From positions 46,004,001 to 46,068,000 of the forward strand of contig OZ024752.1 in the NCBI GenBank assembly GCA_964016885.1: a stretch of 64,000 bases of DNA. Reading direction: 5' to 3'. Positions within the stretch are counted from its first letter, which is position 1. The number at the start of each line of letters is the position of its first letter. Below the pieces are notes generated by a model. It did no database searches, was not told the DNA's origin, and saw nothing but the letters and a program-made list of their open reading frames with translations. This stretch comes from Eledone cirrhosa. Its lineage: Eukaryota. The translations under genes and the position numbers were made by a program. This document shows, piece after piece, positions 1 to 11,256 of the stretch.

Positions 1-42
1 CAGCTGTCGCGGCCTTGACTCTACTATATATATATACGCATA

Positions 43-158
43 CAGGGTGTCCCCAAAAAATGTATACACACTTTGATTAAAACACTGTTGAAGTGTGTAT
101 ACATTTTTTGGGGACACCCTGCCTGTCTATGTGTGTGGTGTGTATATACCAAAAATGT

Positions 159-230
<72 letters not shown>

Positions 231-441
231 TAGGTGTCCAAAAAAATGTATACATACTTCAACAGCATTCTAATGAGTGTGTATACATTGGGGGGGGGGT
301 GCATCCTGTCTGTCTGTGTGTGTGTGTGTTTTATAATATATATATATGTATATATGACACACAAGGTGTTCCAAAAAATGTATACACACTTCAACAGCAT
401 TCTAATCAAAGTGTGTATACATTTTTGGGGGAGACATCGTG
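43..441. mobile_element. Three copies of an approx. 80-bp palindromic Tc1/mariner-like MITE (43-121, 231-308, 362-441)
   Basis: TA|CAGGGTGTCCCCAAAAAATGTATACACACTT...AAGTGTGTATACATTTTTTGGGGACACCCTG. Copies 2 and 3 are inverted relative to copy 1; a half copy lies at 36962-36998. Confidence 0.75.
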
Positions 442-482
442 TGTATATATATATATACAAACATATATATATACACACACAC

Positions 483-520
<38 letters not shown>

Positions 521-623
521 TATATACACACACACACACACATATATATACACAGATACACACATATATATATATACACACACATATATATATATACACA
601 CACATATATATACACACACACAC

Positions 624-690
<67 letters not shown>

Positions 691-1235
691 TACACATATA
701 TATATATAATATATACACATATACATTTATATATGACACATTCAGTAAGAAGAATGCTAGCCTGACACACAGACAGAAAGATGAGCCGTCTAATAAGATA
801 TTAGAGAAATGTCGAGATAGGGGATAGAGATATGTTAAGACAAGGATATCTTAGGTTAAAACAACAGATACTTTTGTAACACCTCCCAAGGTGACAGTAA
901 ATATATTTTTGGTTAAGAGACGAAAGAGACAGCACAAGACAGTCCAATTGTCTCCTAAACAGTACATCTCCTCCTCTTCCTTACACCCCTGCTTAGTTGA
1001 TTCATACCTATCCCTGCTACCACCTCTTTCAATCATATAATACATTTTATATACTAACTAGCACAGCCTAACCTATGTAGAAACGAAAGTTAAAACAGCT
1101 GGCGAAGTTATACGAGGACAATAAACGTATATAAATATATAGTTATATATATAACAAATTAAAACCTTAAAAGAAAAACTGTTAAAGAAAATGTTTAGAC
1201 CAAGAAATAAGTTATATATATTTAATATAGAAATG

Positions 1236-1286
1236 ACTTCTACAGGACTAGAACTGTTTCATTCGGGAGAAAAATCATCAGGAAGC
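1236..1286 (-). ncRNA. Minimal type I hammerhead ribozyme motif, family 1 (Penelope-like pLTR)
   Basis: Minus strand GCUUC-CUGAUGA-UUUUUCUCCCGAAU-GAAA-CAG-UUCUAGUC-CUG-UA-GAAGU: stem I GCUUC/GAAGU, stem III CAG/CUG, GUA cleavage triplet. Confidence 0.75.
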
Positions 1287-1433
1287 AGCTGTCCAAGTAA
1301 TATGGTGGTATTTATATCTTTTCTGGTGGTAGGAGAGTGTGGTGCTTGGGTGGAGGTCATTGGTTGATGGATTTAAAGAAAAAGGAATTCTTTAAAAACT
1401 ATATTTAGAGTAACAAAGGCAGAAAGAATTCAG

Positions 1434-1474
<41 letters not shown>

Positions 1475-1603
1475 TGCGATGAAATATCAATGATCGTTGG
1501 CAAATCACTGATGAGGGACTCATTTTATAACATGTAATCCATGTGCAACCATGCAATATTCTTCTCCCCATATTTTTCATATATATATATATATATATAT
1601 ATA

Positions 1604-1892
1604 TCATCATCGTCATCATCATTTTACGTCCGCTTTTCCCTGCTTGCAAGGGTGGGACGGGTCTTATTCAGCATCTCTCCACTCGTCACGGTCCTTCGTC
1701 ATCTCCACCGTGAGCTTCAATGATCTGAGGTCTGTTCTCACCACCTCCGCCCATGTTTTTCGTGGTCTACCTCTACCACGTCTTCCTTCAACTGGCATTT
1801 CCTGGCACTTCTTCACCCATCGGTCATCCTCCATGCGCATCACATGTCCATACCACCTAAGTCTCCTCTCCCGTACACTACATTCTATCCCT

Positions 1893-1895
<3 letters not shown>
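1604..1895 (-). mobile_element. RTE-clade LINE 3' end (5'-truncated)
   Basis: Minus frame IECSVRERRLRWYGHVMRMEDDRWVKKCQEMPVEGRRGRGRPRKTWAEVVRTDLRSLKLTVEMTKDRDEWRDAE* (stop at 1664-1666), then a short 3' UTR and (ATG)n tail. RLRWYGHV and RGRPRKTW are RTE C-terminal motifs. Confidence 0.9.
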
Positions 1896-1940
<45 letters not shown>

Positions 1941-2224
1941 TTTGAATGGCTAAATGTGTGTCACCAATCAATAGTGTGTCACCAATCAATAAACGTAATG
2001 AAGACATAAATCGTCCGAGTTCAAATCCCGCCGAGGTTAACTTTGCCTTTCATCCTTACGGGGGTCGATAAAATAAAGAACCAGCAATGTACTGGAGTAA
2101 TTGCTGGCCTTGTGCCAAAAGTAGAAACAAATATTATATTTACACTTCGTTACAGACGTGAATCTAAACACCGAGTGCTCACCTGGGTGAACCTACAGTA
2201 ACTTCATGTTATATATATAAATAT

Positions 2225-2568
2225 GGAGGCACATGGCTTAGTGGTTAGAGCATTGGCCTTGCAATCGAAAGGTTGTGAGTTCAATTCTCAGACCGGGTGA
2301 TGTGTTGTTTCCTTGAGCAAGACACTTTATTTCACATTGCTCCAGTTTACTCAGCTGTAGAAATGAGATGATAGGGACTGGGGTCCCTATCATTCCACTG
2401 TAAAGTGGTCGTGGAGGTGCCACGGCAAAAAAAAGCACCCAGCACTCACTGTAAATGAGGTTGGTGTTAGGAAGGGCATCCAGCTGTAGAAATCAAGCCA
2501 GAATCAGTTCCCGTCCCACCCTTGCAAGCAGGGAACAAGCGGACGTAAAATGATGATGATGATGATGA
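2225..2568 (+). mobile_element. SINE family A, full length (tRNA-derived head, RTE-type tail, (ATG)n end)
   Basis: A box TGGCTTAGTGG, B box GAGTTCAATTC, internal hairpin ATGATAGGGAC/GTCCCTATCAT, tail shared with the RTE fragment at 1604-1662. Confidence 0.9.
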
Positions 2569-2840
2569 TATATATGTTTATTTAGGTCTAAACACAGCAG
2601 ATTTCTTCCACTCATGAGAGAGAGAAAGAGATATTGAAGAGAATCGACCCCAGTACTGGTCTGGTATTTATTTTTCTATCGACTTCAAAAGGATGAAAGG
2701 CGAAGTTGACCTCGGCGCGATTTGAACCTGGAGTCCAAAGAGTCAGAACAAAAACTGGAAATCATTCTATCGGACGTACTGACCACTTTACCAATTCTTA
2801 GCTTCCTGTCATCCATCTCCAAAAAGGAAAACGGTATTCA

Positions 2841-3144
2841 TTCATCATCATCATCATCATTTCATTTTACGTCCGCATTTTCCCTGCTTGCAAGGGTGGG
2901 ACGGGAACTGATTCTGGCTTGATTTCTACAGCTGGATGCCCTTCCTAACACCAACATCATTTACAGTGAGTGCTGGGTGCTTTTTTTTCCGTGGCACCTC
3001 CACGACCACTTTGCAGTGGAATGATAGGGACCCCAGTCCCTATCATCTCATTTCTACAGCTGAGTAAACTGGAGCAATGTGAAATAAAGTGTCTTGCTCA
3101 AGGAAACAACACATCACCCGGTCTGAGAATTGAACTCACAACCT
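2841..3144 (-). mobile_element. SINE family A, 5'-truncated
   Basis: Near-identical reverse complement of 2272-2568. Confidence 0.9.
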
Positions 3145-3762
3145 GCTCACAAAATTAACATTCACAGACACGTGCATCTTTAACATAGTTCTCAGGGAGA
3201 TTCAGCGTGACACATGTATAAAAAAGGCTGGCCTTTGAATTACAGGTACAACCCATTTTAGTAGCTGAATGGAATAGAATGGAGCGGAGCAACGTGAAAT
3301 AAAATGTCTTGTTCAAGGACACTTGCTGCTTCAACTTGAATATACAACATTAACATTCGTGAGTCAAACACTGTAACCACTAAGCTACCCACTTTTATAG
3401 TTACTAGTATTACAATATATGGGAGAAGAAATATGAAATAAGAAGTGCTATTTCCTCCTTAGGCCATAAAATTAATAACTTTGTACTCTTGTGTTGGTTT
3501 TTAATTTTCTCAACAACTTTTTCAAGTACCACTTGAAGAGGACGGTGGTAGTGAATTGCTAGCTAAGTCGTTAAGGTGTCGGATTAAGAAATGTCGGTTA
3601 TTTGTTCTGGTTTACAGTGACTGAGTTCGAACTACATCCAAGACAACTTTTACCTTTCGTCCTTCAAGTTTGATAAATTAAATATCCATCTAAATAATGG
3701 GGTCAATTCTCTATATCTTTCTCTAAGACTCGGACTGCATTCTGACCTAAAGAGAAATGTGC

Positions 3763-3814
<52 letters not shown>

Positions 3815-3819
<5 letters not shown>

Positions 3820-3923
3820 ATGTAGAAATGGCTTCTACAGGACTAGAACTGTTTCATTTGGAAGAAATCATCTGCTATGTATTGAGTACCTTACTGTGGT
3901 TACCCCTGATTGAACCTGGGATA
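3815..3923 (-). mobile_element. Truncated copy of the family-1 hammerhead element in a (TA)n tract
   Basis: Near-identical to 1221-1280 and 57541-57600 but the core is broken (tcatctg). The adjoining gtattgagtac...cctgattgaacctgggata recurs inverted at 57494-57527. Confidence 0.6.
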
Positions 3924-6744
3924 AACTTATATATATATATATATATCTATATATCTATATATATATATATATCCCTAGGCTCTGATACCATCACCACCAT
4001 AAACACAGAGATCATATATATATATATATATCAGATATATCAGATATATATATATATCAGATATATCAGATATATATATATATCAGATATATCTGATATA
4101 TATATATATCAGATATATCTGATATATATATATATATATCTGATATATCTGATATATATATATATATATATCTGATATATCAGATATATATATATATCTG
4201 ATATATCAGATATATATATATATCAGATATCAGATATATATATATATCATATATATCAGATATATATATATATATATATATATCAGATATATCTGATATA
4301 TATATATATCAGATATATTGGTTGGTCTTGCTTGGAGATCCAGCTGGATCAGTTGTCGATGGTTACCTCTGACTGGACCTGTTGGAGGGTGGTGGTGGTG
4401 GTTGAGGACTCGGTCTTCCATCACCCTCTCAGGAATAAGTGGGTGAAGAAGGTGTGTGTGTGTGTATACACATACACACACGTGTGTGTACAGATATGTG
4501 GATAGATAGAAAAGAGAGAGAGAGAGAGTGAGATAATTAGAGAGGAAGAGAGAGAGAGAGAGGAAGAGAGAGAGAGAGAGGAAGAGAGAGGGAGGGGTGA
4601 CAGGATGGATAGAAAGAAGCTAGTTTAATTATCTGCTCAGGTCTTTTGTATAGAAAGAAAGAGAGAGAGAGAGAGAGAAGATATTGATATGACTTGAGAG
4701 AGAGAAAGGGGGGAGGGGGTACAGGGGGAGGGAGGGGGGGTCACAAAAGACCCAAGTACCTTAGGTCTTTCGTTTATAAATGTATTTGTTGAACAAGTTG
4801 TCATCAGTTGGGTGATGGATGGGTGGAGGGGGGGGGGGGGATATCTAGATCAATAAATCAATAGAGCTGTTCCTACATGAACTCGCAATCTAAATACCAA
4901 CACTCCATTGTTCTTTCTCTCTCCCACCCCTCCCTCTCTCTCCAGCCATCTCCAACACCTCTCCTCCCTGCCCCTCTCAACTTCTCTCTTTCTAATCATC
5001 TCTCTCTCTCTCTTTCCAGCCACCACCCCCCATCGCCGCTGCAGTCTCCCCCACCCCCACCCCGTATTTCACATTCTCCAAGCTAACTCTCCACCATTCA
5101 ACAACTTCCTGCCACTTTAACTTCGTGACCATATTGAAACATACATACACACATACATACACATACATATACACACACACACACACACAGATACACAAAT
5201 ACGCTCTCTCTCTCTCTCTCTAGCCATTTATCTCTCTCTCTAGCCATCTCTCTCTCTCTCTCTCCTATTCTGTTGTGTGATATACTCAAGTCCCTGCAAC
5301 TTCTTCACTGCCAAGCCTATGTCCAAAGCAGGTTTTCTTGGTCTTTACAAAAAACTGTATTATTTTCATTCTCCCCCTGTGTCTTGCTCAAGGATGCAAC
5401 ACACCACTTGGTCTGGTAATTGAAGTCATGGCCTTACAATTGTGTGCCAAATGCTCTAACCTCTAAGGTTAGGGAAAGGTGCGATTTAGCTGCTGTTTCT
5501 AGCATATCAATTGCCCCCATTAAGATCCCGTTGTTGCTTAGCTCTAAGCCAGCCATGATTGAGCAGGGAATTCCACCCTGAGTTTTCCACTATATATGGT
5601 AACCTGGAATCACATTGAGTGTGTCCATAGGAAAGTCTGTTAAGTTACCAAATCACTCCAAATTCTTAATAATTTTCTAAATGATTTAAAAATCATACAC
5701 AGTGGGTTTTTTTTTTTTTCTATTAGAAATATGGTAACAAAAGGGTTAAAAATCAACAATCTGAAAACCCCAATTTCCTTTAAATCAAATATATTTTCGA
5801 TTCTGTTGGCACCAAAACTAATCTGGTTTTATTCCAAGAACTAACCCTAACACTAACCCTAACTCCACCACATTCCTTCCTGACCTAATACACTTAGGTT
5901 TTAAATTGCCATTCTAAATATGTTGCACCTAGTTTTTGTCTATTTTCACCCAAAAGTGCTTAAATTTGGCAAGGACCTCTGAAGCAGGTCTGAAATAAAC
6001 AGCCAAGTTACTAAATTATTGGCAATACTATTTATAATAATAGCGATGATAATGGTTGTATGTCATCAAATGTTTATGGGAGTTCGTTATTGTTGATTTG
6101 ACTTGACTCTCGTTGTACTAAAAGTTCTTTCTTTCCTCCCCCCCCCCCCTCCACCCATCCCTCTTTCCTTCAAACTTCTGAATTCTTACCAAATCAAAGA
6201 ATGTTTGCAATGTTTGGATATTCTTACTGTTTGCTCCATAACACCGAAGAGACATTATATGTGATACGAGTGACTGGGTGTTGCTTAGTTTGCCATTTTT
6301 TCTCTTGTTCGTACTGTCGATAAGAGATGGTTCATATTTTTCATGCCAAGCACTGCTAATGTCTGTATACTTGGCCAGGAAACTATCCTACTTAACTTAA
6401 CTCTCTTCCAGTGGTCTTGTTCACCTAACTGTGTATAAGTACCAGTAAGTATTTATATCTATAAATAGGTACCATAGTTAAGTACAGATACCAAACTGTA
6501 AATGATATCATGAGTAAGTAGAATGCATTTAAATGTCCATATATACCATATTGGCTTGGAGAGGAGATAGGGCACTGCCAGGATTAAAATGCCCTAGAAA
6601 TGCTGTGTGCCATTACGGTGCTTCTACAAATCCATCAGGAGTTACGGGACCATGAGAATATACATATGCCATATTATCCAAGCAATTAGTATAGAAAAAC
6701 TCCTTCAAAGGATGTTTACAATCTAAAATAAACAATATAGTCTC

Positions 6745-7330
6745 CACCAAACCCTTGTAGTTTGCAGCCTTTTTGCTGCCCCAAAATCCTTTCACAACAG
6801 ACACAAATGAATCCCATGCTCCTTATTCTACGTCAGACATCGAGCTCGAGAAGTTTTGTTATTTCATTAGCTTTCTGATTTGTGTCCCGTCAAAAACACA
6901 CCAGCCTTTTATCATAACTTAGGCAAGGAAATGTTGTACATATGAATTTGAAACTGTCACGCTCCACATTAAGAGCTTTGACAAACTGTTTCATTAGTCC
7001 TAGTTTAATATGAAGGGGTGGGAAGATAATTTTCTCTTGCCCAACAAGTGGTTGGTGTATGATATACTTCTCTCCAACAGTCAAATATTTCCTACCTGAC
7101 CAATATTTCTGGTCCCAATGTTTGTTCATCACTCAGCTATCCCATAAACACAGGAAACAAGATATTCTGTATACCCTCCTTGTTGGCGAAATAAAAAGTG
7201 TCGACCATTTTCAGATCTACACATATGTCTCATTTCTGTTCATCATACTTGAGTGTGTAGTTTTTATTGGTAGCTTGACTCTTCCAAACTAGAACAATTT
7301 ATATTTTGTGGTCCATAAAAGTTATTTTTT
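6745..7330 (-). pseudogene. Decayed DNA transposase fragment, Chapaev3/CMC-like
   Basis: Minus strand motifs ICVDLKMV, QQGGYT, CFLCLWDS, FPPLHIKLGLMKQFVKAL, GVFDGTQIRKLM and AWDSFVSVVKGF, interrupted by frameshifts and stops. Confidence 0.75.
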
Positions 7331-8473
7331 TCCTCTCATCAACACTTACCTTCACCTGGTGGACCAGTTTGTCTAAGAAGTTTGTATATTACTGATCTAT
7401 GAAATGACAACTATGGCTAATAACACTTCAATACCACCGCCACCACCATTGCTAATAACACTTCAACACCACCGCCACCATTGCTAATAACACTTCAATA
7501 CCACCGCCACCATTGCTAATAACACTTCAACACCACCGCCACCATTGCTAATAACACTTCAACACCACCGCCGCCACCTCTTCAACATAACATTCTTTAT
7601 TCTAGTCTATTTTTAAAATCCCAGACTGTACACTTCACCACTACCTAGCAGCATTAATATGGTGGTGGTGGTGGTGGTGTGTAGTGGGGGTGGTGGTGGT
7701 GTGTAGTGGTGGTGGTGGTGGTGGTGTGTTCTGTGGAGGAGATGGTGGTGGTGTCTAGTGGTGGTGGTGGTGTGTTCTGTGGAGGAGATGGTGGTGGTGT
7801 GTGGAGGTTGGGGGTGGGGTGGGGCGGTTTAAAGGTTATTGTATTTTTCTGACATTCCCTTACCTCATTCTTATAGAAGAAAATTGCAATGGATGTGGTG
7901 GGGTGGGGTGGGAGGTGAAACTATAAAAGAAGGGCCAGCCATCTCCTCTTACCTTCCCTCATGTCCCCTCTCTCTCTGAAGTTCTCACTCTTCCTTTTAC
8001 CCTCTCACACCTCCTACCTCTTCTATTTGCATAGTTGACATAGTTTTATTATTAAAGGTGACCTTAACCTACTCTGTTCACTGTCTTACACCTGATACAG
8101 TCACCACTGCCACCTCCACCTCCACCGCCTGATACAACCACCACCACTGCCTCCACCACCACCACCACCACCACCACTGCCTGATACAACCACCACCTGA
8201 TGCAGTCACCACAACCACCACTGCCACCATCACCACCTGATGCAGTCTGCCAGTTAAACCCAGCTCAACAAGCCATCACCAACACCACCACCATCACCAA
8301 CACCACCCAGCTCCAACAATGCCAGTCAGTCTGTTAGACTGAAGTCAATAATTCACTATCCCCCCCCCCCCTCCCTCTTTCTGTCTCCTTTATTTAACTT
8401 TCTGGTTATCAAGGAAGTTGAGAAGCAGCCTGAGCAAGATATGAGATAGATAGATAGATATATATATATATAT

Positions 8474-9450
8474 ATATAGAGAGAGATAGATATGTTTCTT
8501 TATTAGCCGCAGGGGCACAAAAGAAGGGGACAAATACAAAGGGGGAAGTTTAAATACAATAAATGTAAAATATCACAAATGCAATTTAAAAAATTAGTCG
8601 ATTTTCCTCAATAGGGGGAGACATTACATATGGGTAACACATACCCCCGAAAAAATGTGCAACCCTCATCTCCAGGAGTACGAAGAGTTTGTACTCCTTT
8701 CCTCTCCTCCTCCTTTTCCTCAACCTACAGGCTGATATAGAGAGAAGGCCCATTCACTCGGGCCATTCTCGCCACTTTCACCCACCTTTCATATAGATAT
8801 AGAGAGATATAGATAGATATCTTTATTTGCCACAGGGGCCTACAAAAATGGGGCATTACAAGACGTGGCGGCGGGGGGGGGGGGGGTTTACATAAAATCT
8901 TTAACAATGATAAATAACAATAAACTATATAAAAATAAAACACTTGAAATCCCCATTAGGGGCGGGGAGTAACGTTACTGCGGGGGGTTGTTCATACACC
9001 CCGTGGATAGAACAACCCTCAACACCAGGAACACGTTTTGTAGGTGTTCCCGTCTTCCCTCTGTTTATCTTCCTCAACCTACAGGTTTATATACAGAGAA
9101 GGCCCATTCACCCCGGGCCATTTTCGCCACATTCACCCACCTTTCAGCTAATTTATTGGGGTGTAACACCTCTCACTCCACTCTCACTCCACTCCTACCT
9201 TCCTTCTGAAGTGGTACTTAAAGAAGAGGATGAGTTGTCCGAAGAGAAAGGTGTTTGCCCTCAGTCCTTTTAACCTCGTCCACCATATTACCTCTTTCGC
9301 CATAGCCACCAGACAGAGGAAAACCACCTCTCCTTCGTTCTTAAATGAAGGTGGCGGGGTGATCCTCACGATGGACTCGGCTGACAACTGGATGCGTCCC
9401 ACACGTGACAGCAGCTGTTCGACATAATTCCATGGGTTGGTCACCCCGGG
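8474..9450 (-). mobile_element. Two adjacent 3' fragments of a non-LTR retrotransposon (L1/Tx1-like), about 8474-8795 and 8815-9450
   Basis: ORF end VFLCLVAMAKEVIWWTRLKG...WVxVAxMARVNGPSLYIxL*, with the terminal part in both copies. T-rich 3' UTR ending cccctg(t/c)ggc(a/t)aataaaga, flanked by AG/AGAT microsatellite. Clade assignment is inference. Confidence 0.55.
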
Positions 9451-9629
9451 GCAGAGAGAGAGAGAGAAAGCTCCTGAAGGAACCAGCTTAACTCCATAAT
9501 CCTTTTTTACTTGAGCAGGAAGAGGGAAGTTATGTCTGGTAGGGGTAAAGTCCTTCAGTCATTTCTGGCTCCATCACACCTATTAAATGCCCCCCCCCCC
9601 TCAAGCTCCTACCCCCTCCCCCAACTAAT

Positions 9630-9670
<41 letters not shown>

Positions 9671-10386
9671 TATGGTGTGTGTGTAGTATGTAGTGTGTAT
9701 GTGTGTAGTATGTAGTGTGTGTGTGTGTGTGTGTGTGTGTTAGGAAGGGCTTAGAAGTTGTTGGTGATGGTGTTGATAGTGGTGATGGTGTTGGTGTTGT
9801 TATTATTGATGATGATGCTGCTGGTGTTGTTGAGTGTGTTGTGTGGTGGTGTTATTGTTATTGTTATTATTGTTGTTGTTGTGTAGTCCACCATAAAGAC
9901 AGTAGACAGTAGTCTGGGTATCCATGACGCCCCCCCCCCTCTCTTTGTACTGTTTAACTCAAATGCTCCCCTTTTTATGATATACCAACCTTTGTTAGAC
10001 ACCAATTTGGGACGACATGAAACAACCCTGACTAGACAGTTTTGTCTTTTTAATCTCTTCTATTTCTCCCCCATTTGTTACGGTGATGGTGATGGTGGTG
10101 ATGGTGGTGGTGGGTCCTTCCACCCTCTCTTCCTTGGAGGTCTCATCATATGCAATTCAATATTTGTGTGTCCAACCCCTGCCTCCCAGGACAGGCCACA
10201 ACCCCCATTGTCTGTTTTTATAGCATGAAATGGAGACTGCAATATATTGTAATGATCAAATTAAAGAACTCAAATTATAATGTAAAAACCTCAAACTTTC
10301 CCAATCTTCAGACAAAGGAGCTGATTTCTTGCTGGCTTGTTTATGTTAACCATAGTTTCTATTTATTAATATATTGAATTAATATT

Positions 10387-10570
10387 GGTGGATTGGCAGT
10401 ATCGGTAGAGGGTCGGACGCCTTGCTTTCCAGCATAGTTACGTCCCTTTACGATCTGAGTTCAAATCCAGCCGAGGTTGACTTTGCTTTCATCCTTACGG
10501 GGTCGATAAAATAAAGTACCAGTAATGCACTGGGTAATTGCTGGCCTTGTACCTAAAGTAGAGACAATTA
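10387..10570 (+). mobile_element. SINE family B (approx. 185 bp, tRNA-derived, Meta-domain-like centre)
   Basis: GGATTGGCAGTATCGGTAGAG head, GAGTTCAAATCC B box, CTTTCATCCTTACGGGGTCGATAAAATAAAGTACCAG centre resembling the MetaSINE domain, tail GGCCTTGT.CC.AAAGTAGA.ACAATTA. Confidence 0.85.
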
Positions 10571-10694
10571 ATATATTGAATATAATTTCCATTTATTAAT
10601 ATATTGAATATTTACTCCAGTAAACTGTTGAGTGCTTTATATCAGTTATAAAACTTTTAAGCTTGTTGAATCCCAACAAATTAAATATAAGTTT

Positions 10695-10743
<49 letters not shown>

Positions 10744-10871
10744 AGATGTTATATTTAATTTGTTGGGATACAACAAGCTGATATTTTTATAACTATCCGG
10801 GAGGTTCCAACCGACATGGTCACATTCTTTAAGGGTATGTCAATATTTGTTTATAAAACTGATCTATATTA

Positions 10872-10936
10872 TATTTTATCTGATGAAAGTGTACCATAAT
10901 TTGCTTTGGTGTCCTTGAAATATGTATAATGAAATA
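10872..10936 (+). ncRNA. Minimal type I hammerhead ribozyme motif, family 2
   Basis: UAUUUUAU-CUGAUGA-AAGUGUACCA(loop)UGGUGUCCUU-GAAA-UAUGUA-UA-AUGAAAUA. TATAAAA lies upstream and AATAAA at the 3' end. Confidence 0.75.
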
Positions 10937-11006
10937 AATATGGTTTTATAAATATAGTTTCCATTTGTTAATATATTATATTATATATATATATATATAT
11001 ATATTT

Positions 11007-11256
11007 TTCATTTTACATCCGCTTTTCCGTGCTTGCAAGGGTGGGACGGGAACTGATTCTGGCTTGATTTCTACAGCTGGATGCCCTTCCTAACACCAAC
11101 CTCATTTACAGTGTGGGCTGGGTGCTTTTTTTTGCCGTGGCACCTCCACGATCAGTTTGCAGTGGAATGATATGGACCCCAGTCCCTATCATCTCATTTC
11201 TACAGCTGAGTAAGCTGGAGCAATGTGAAATAAAGTGTCTTGCTCAAGGAAACACA
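11007..11256 (-). mobile_element. SINE family A, partial
   Basis: Matches the body and tail of family A; the tRNA head is missing. Confidence 0.85.

Noticed and set aside
1505-1530. CTGATGAGGGAC hammerhead 5' half; also CAGCTGTC at 1-8 as a possible stem III end
   Set aside because: No downstream GAAA/stem III for the first; the second is cut by the window edge. Neither can be folded.
2225-2298. tRNA-Ala(TGC)-like gene
   Set aside because: It is the head of a multi-copy SINE: imperfect acceptor and anticodon stems, continues into the SINE body, no poly-T terminator.
2384-2394. TCCCTATCA resembling the bacterial tet operator half-site
   Set aside because: Short coincidental match within a SINE hairpin; no vector context.
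2238-2438. Recurrent ORF ...PVPIISFLQLSKLEQCEIKCLAQGNNTSPGLRIELTTFR
   Set aside because: Antisense reading of SINE family A, repeated wherever the SINE occurs.
5841-5863. Telomeric (CCCTAA)-like repeat
   Set aside because: Only about three imperfect units; too short to call an interstitial telomere.
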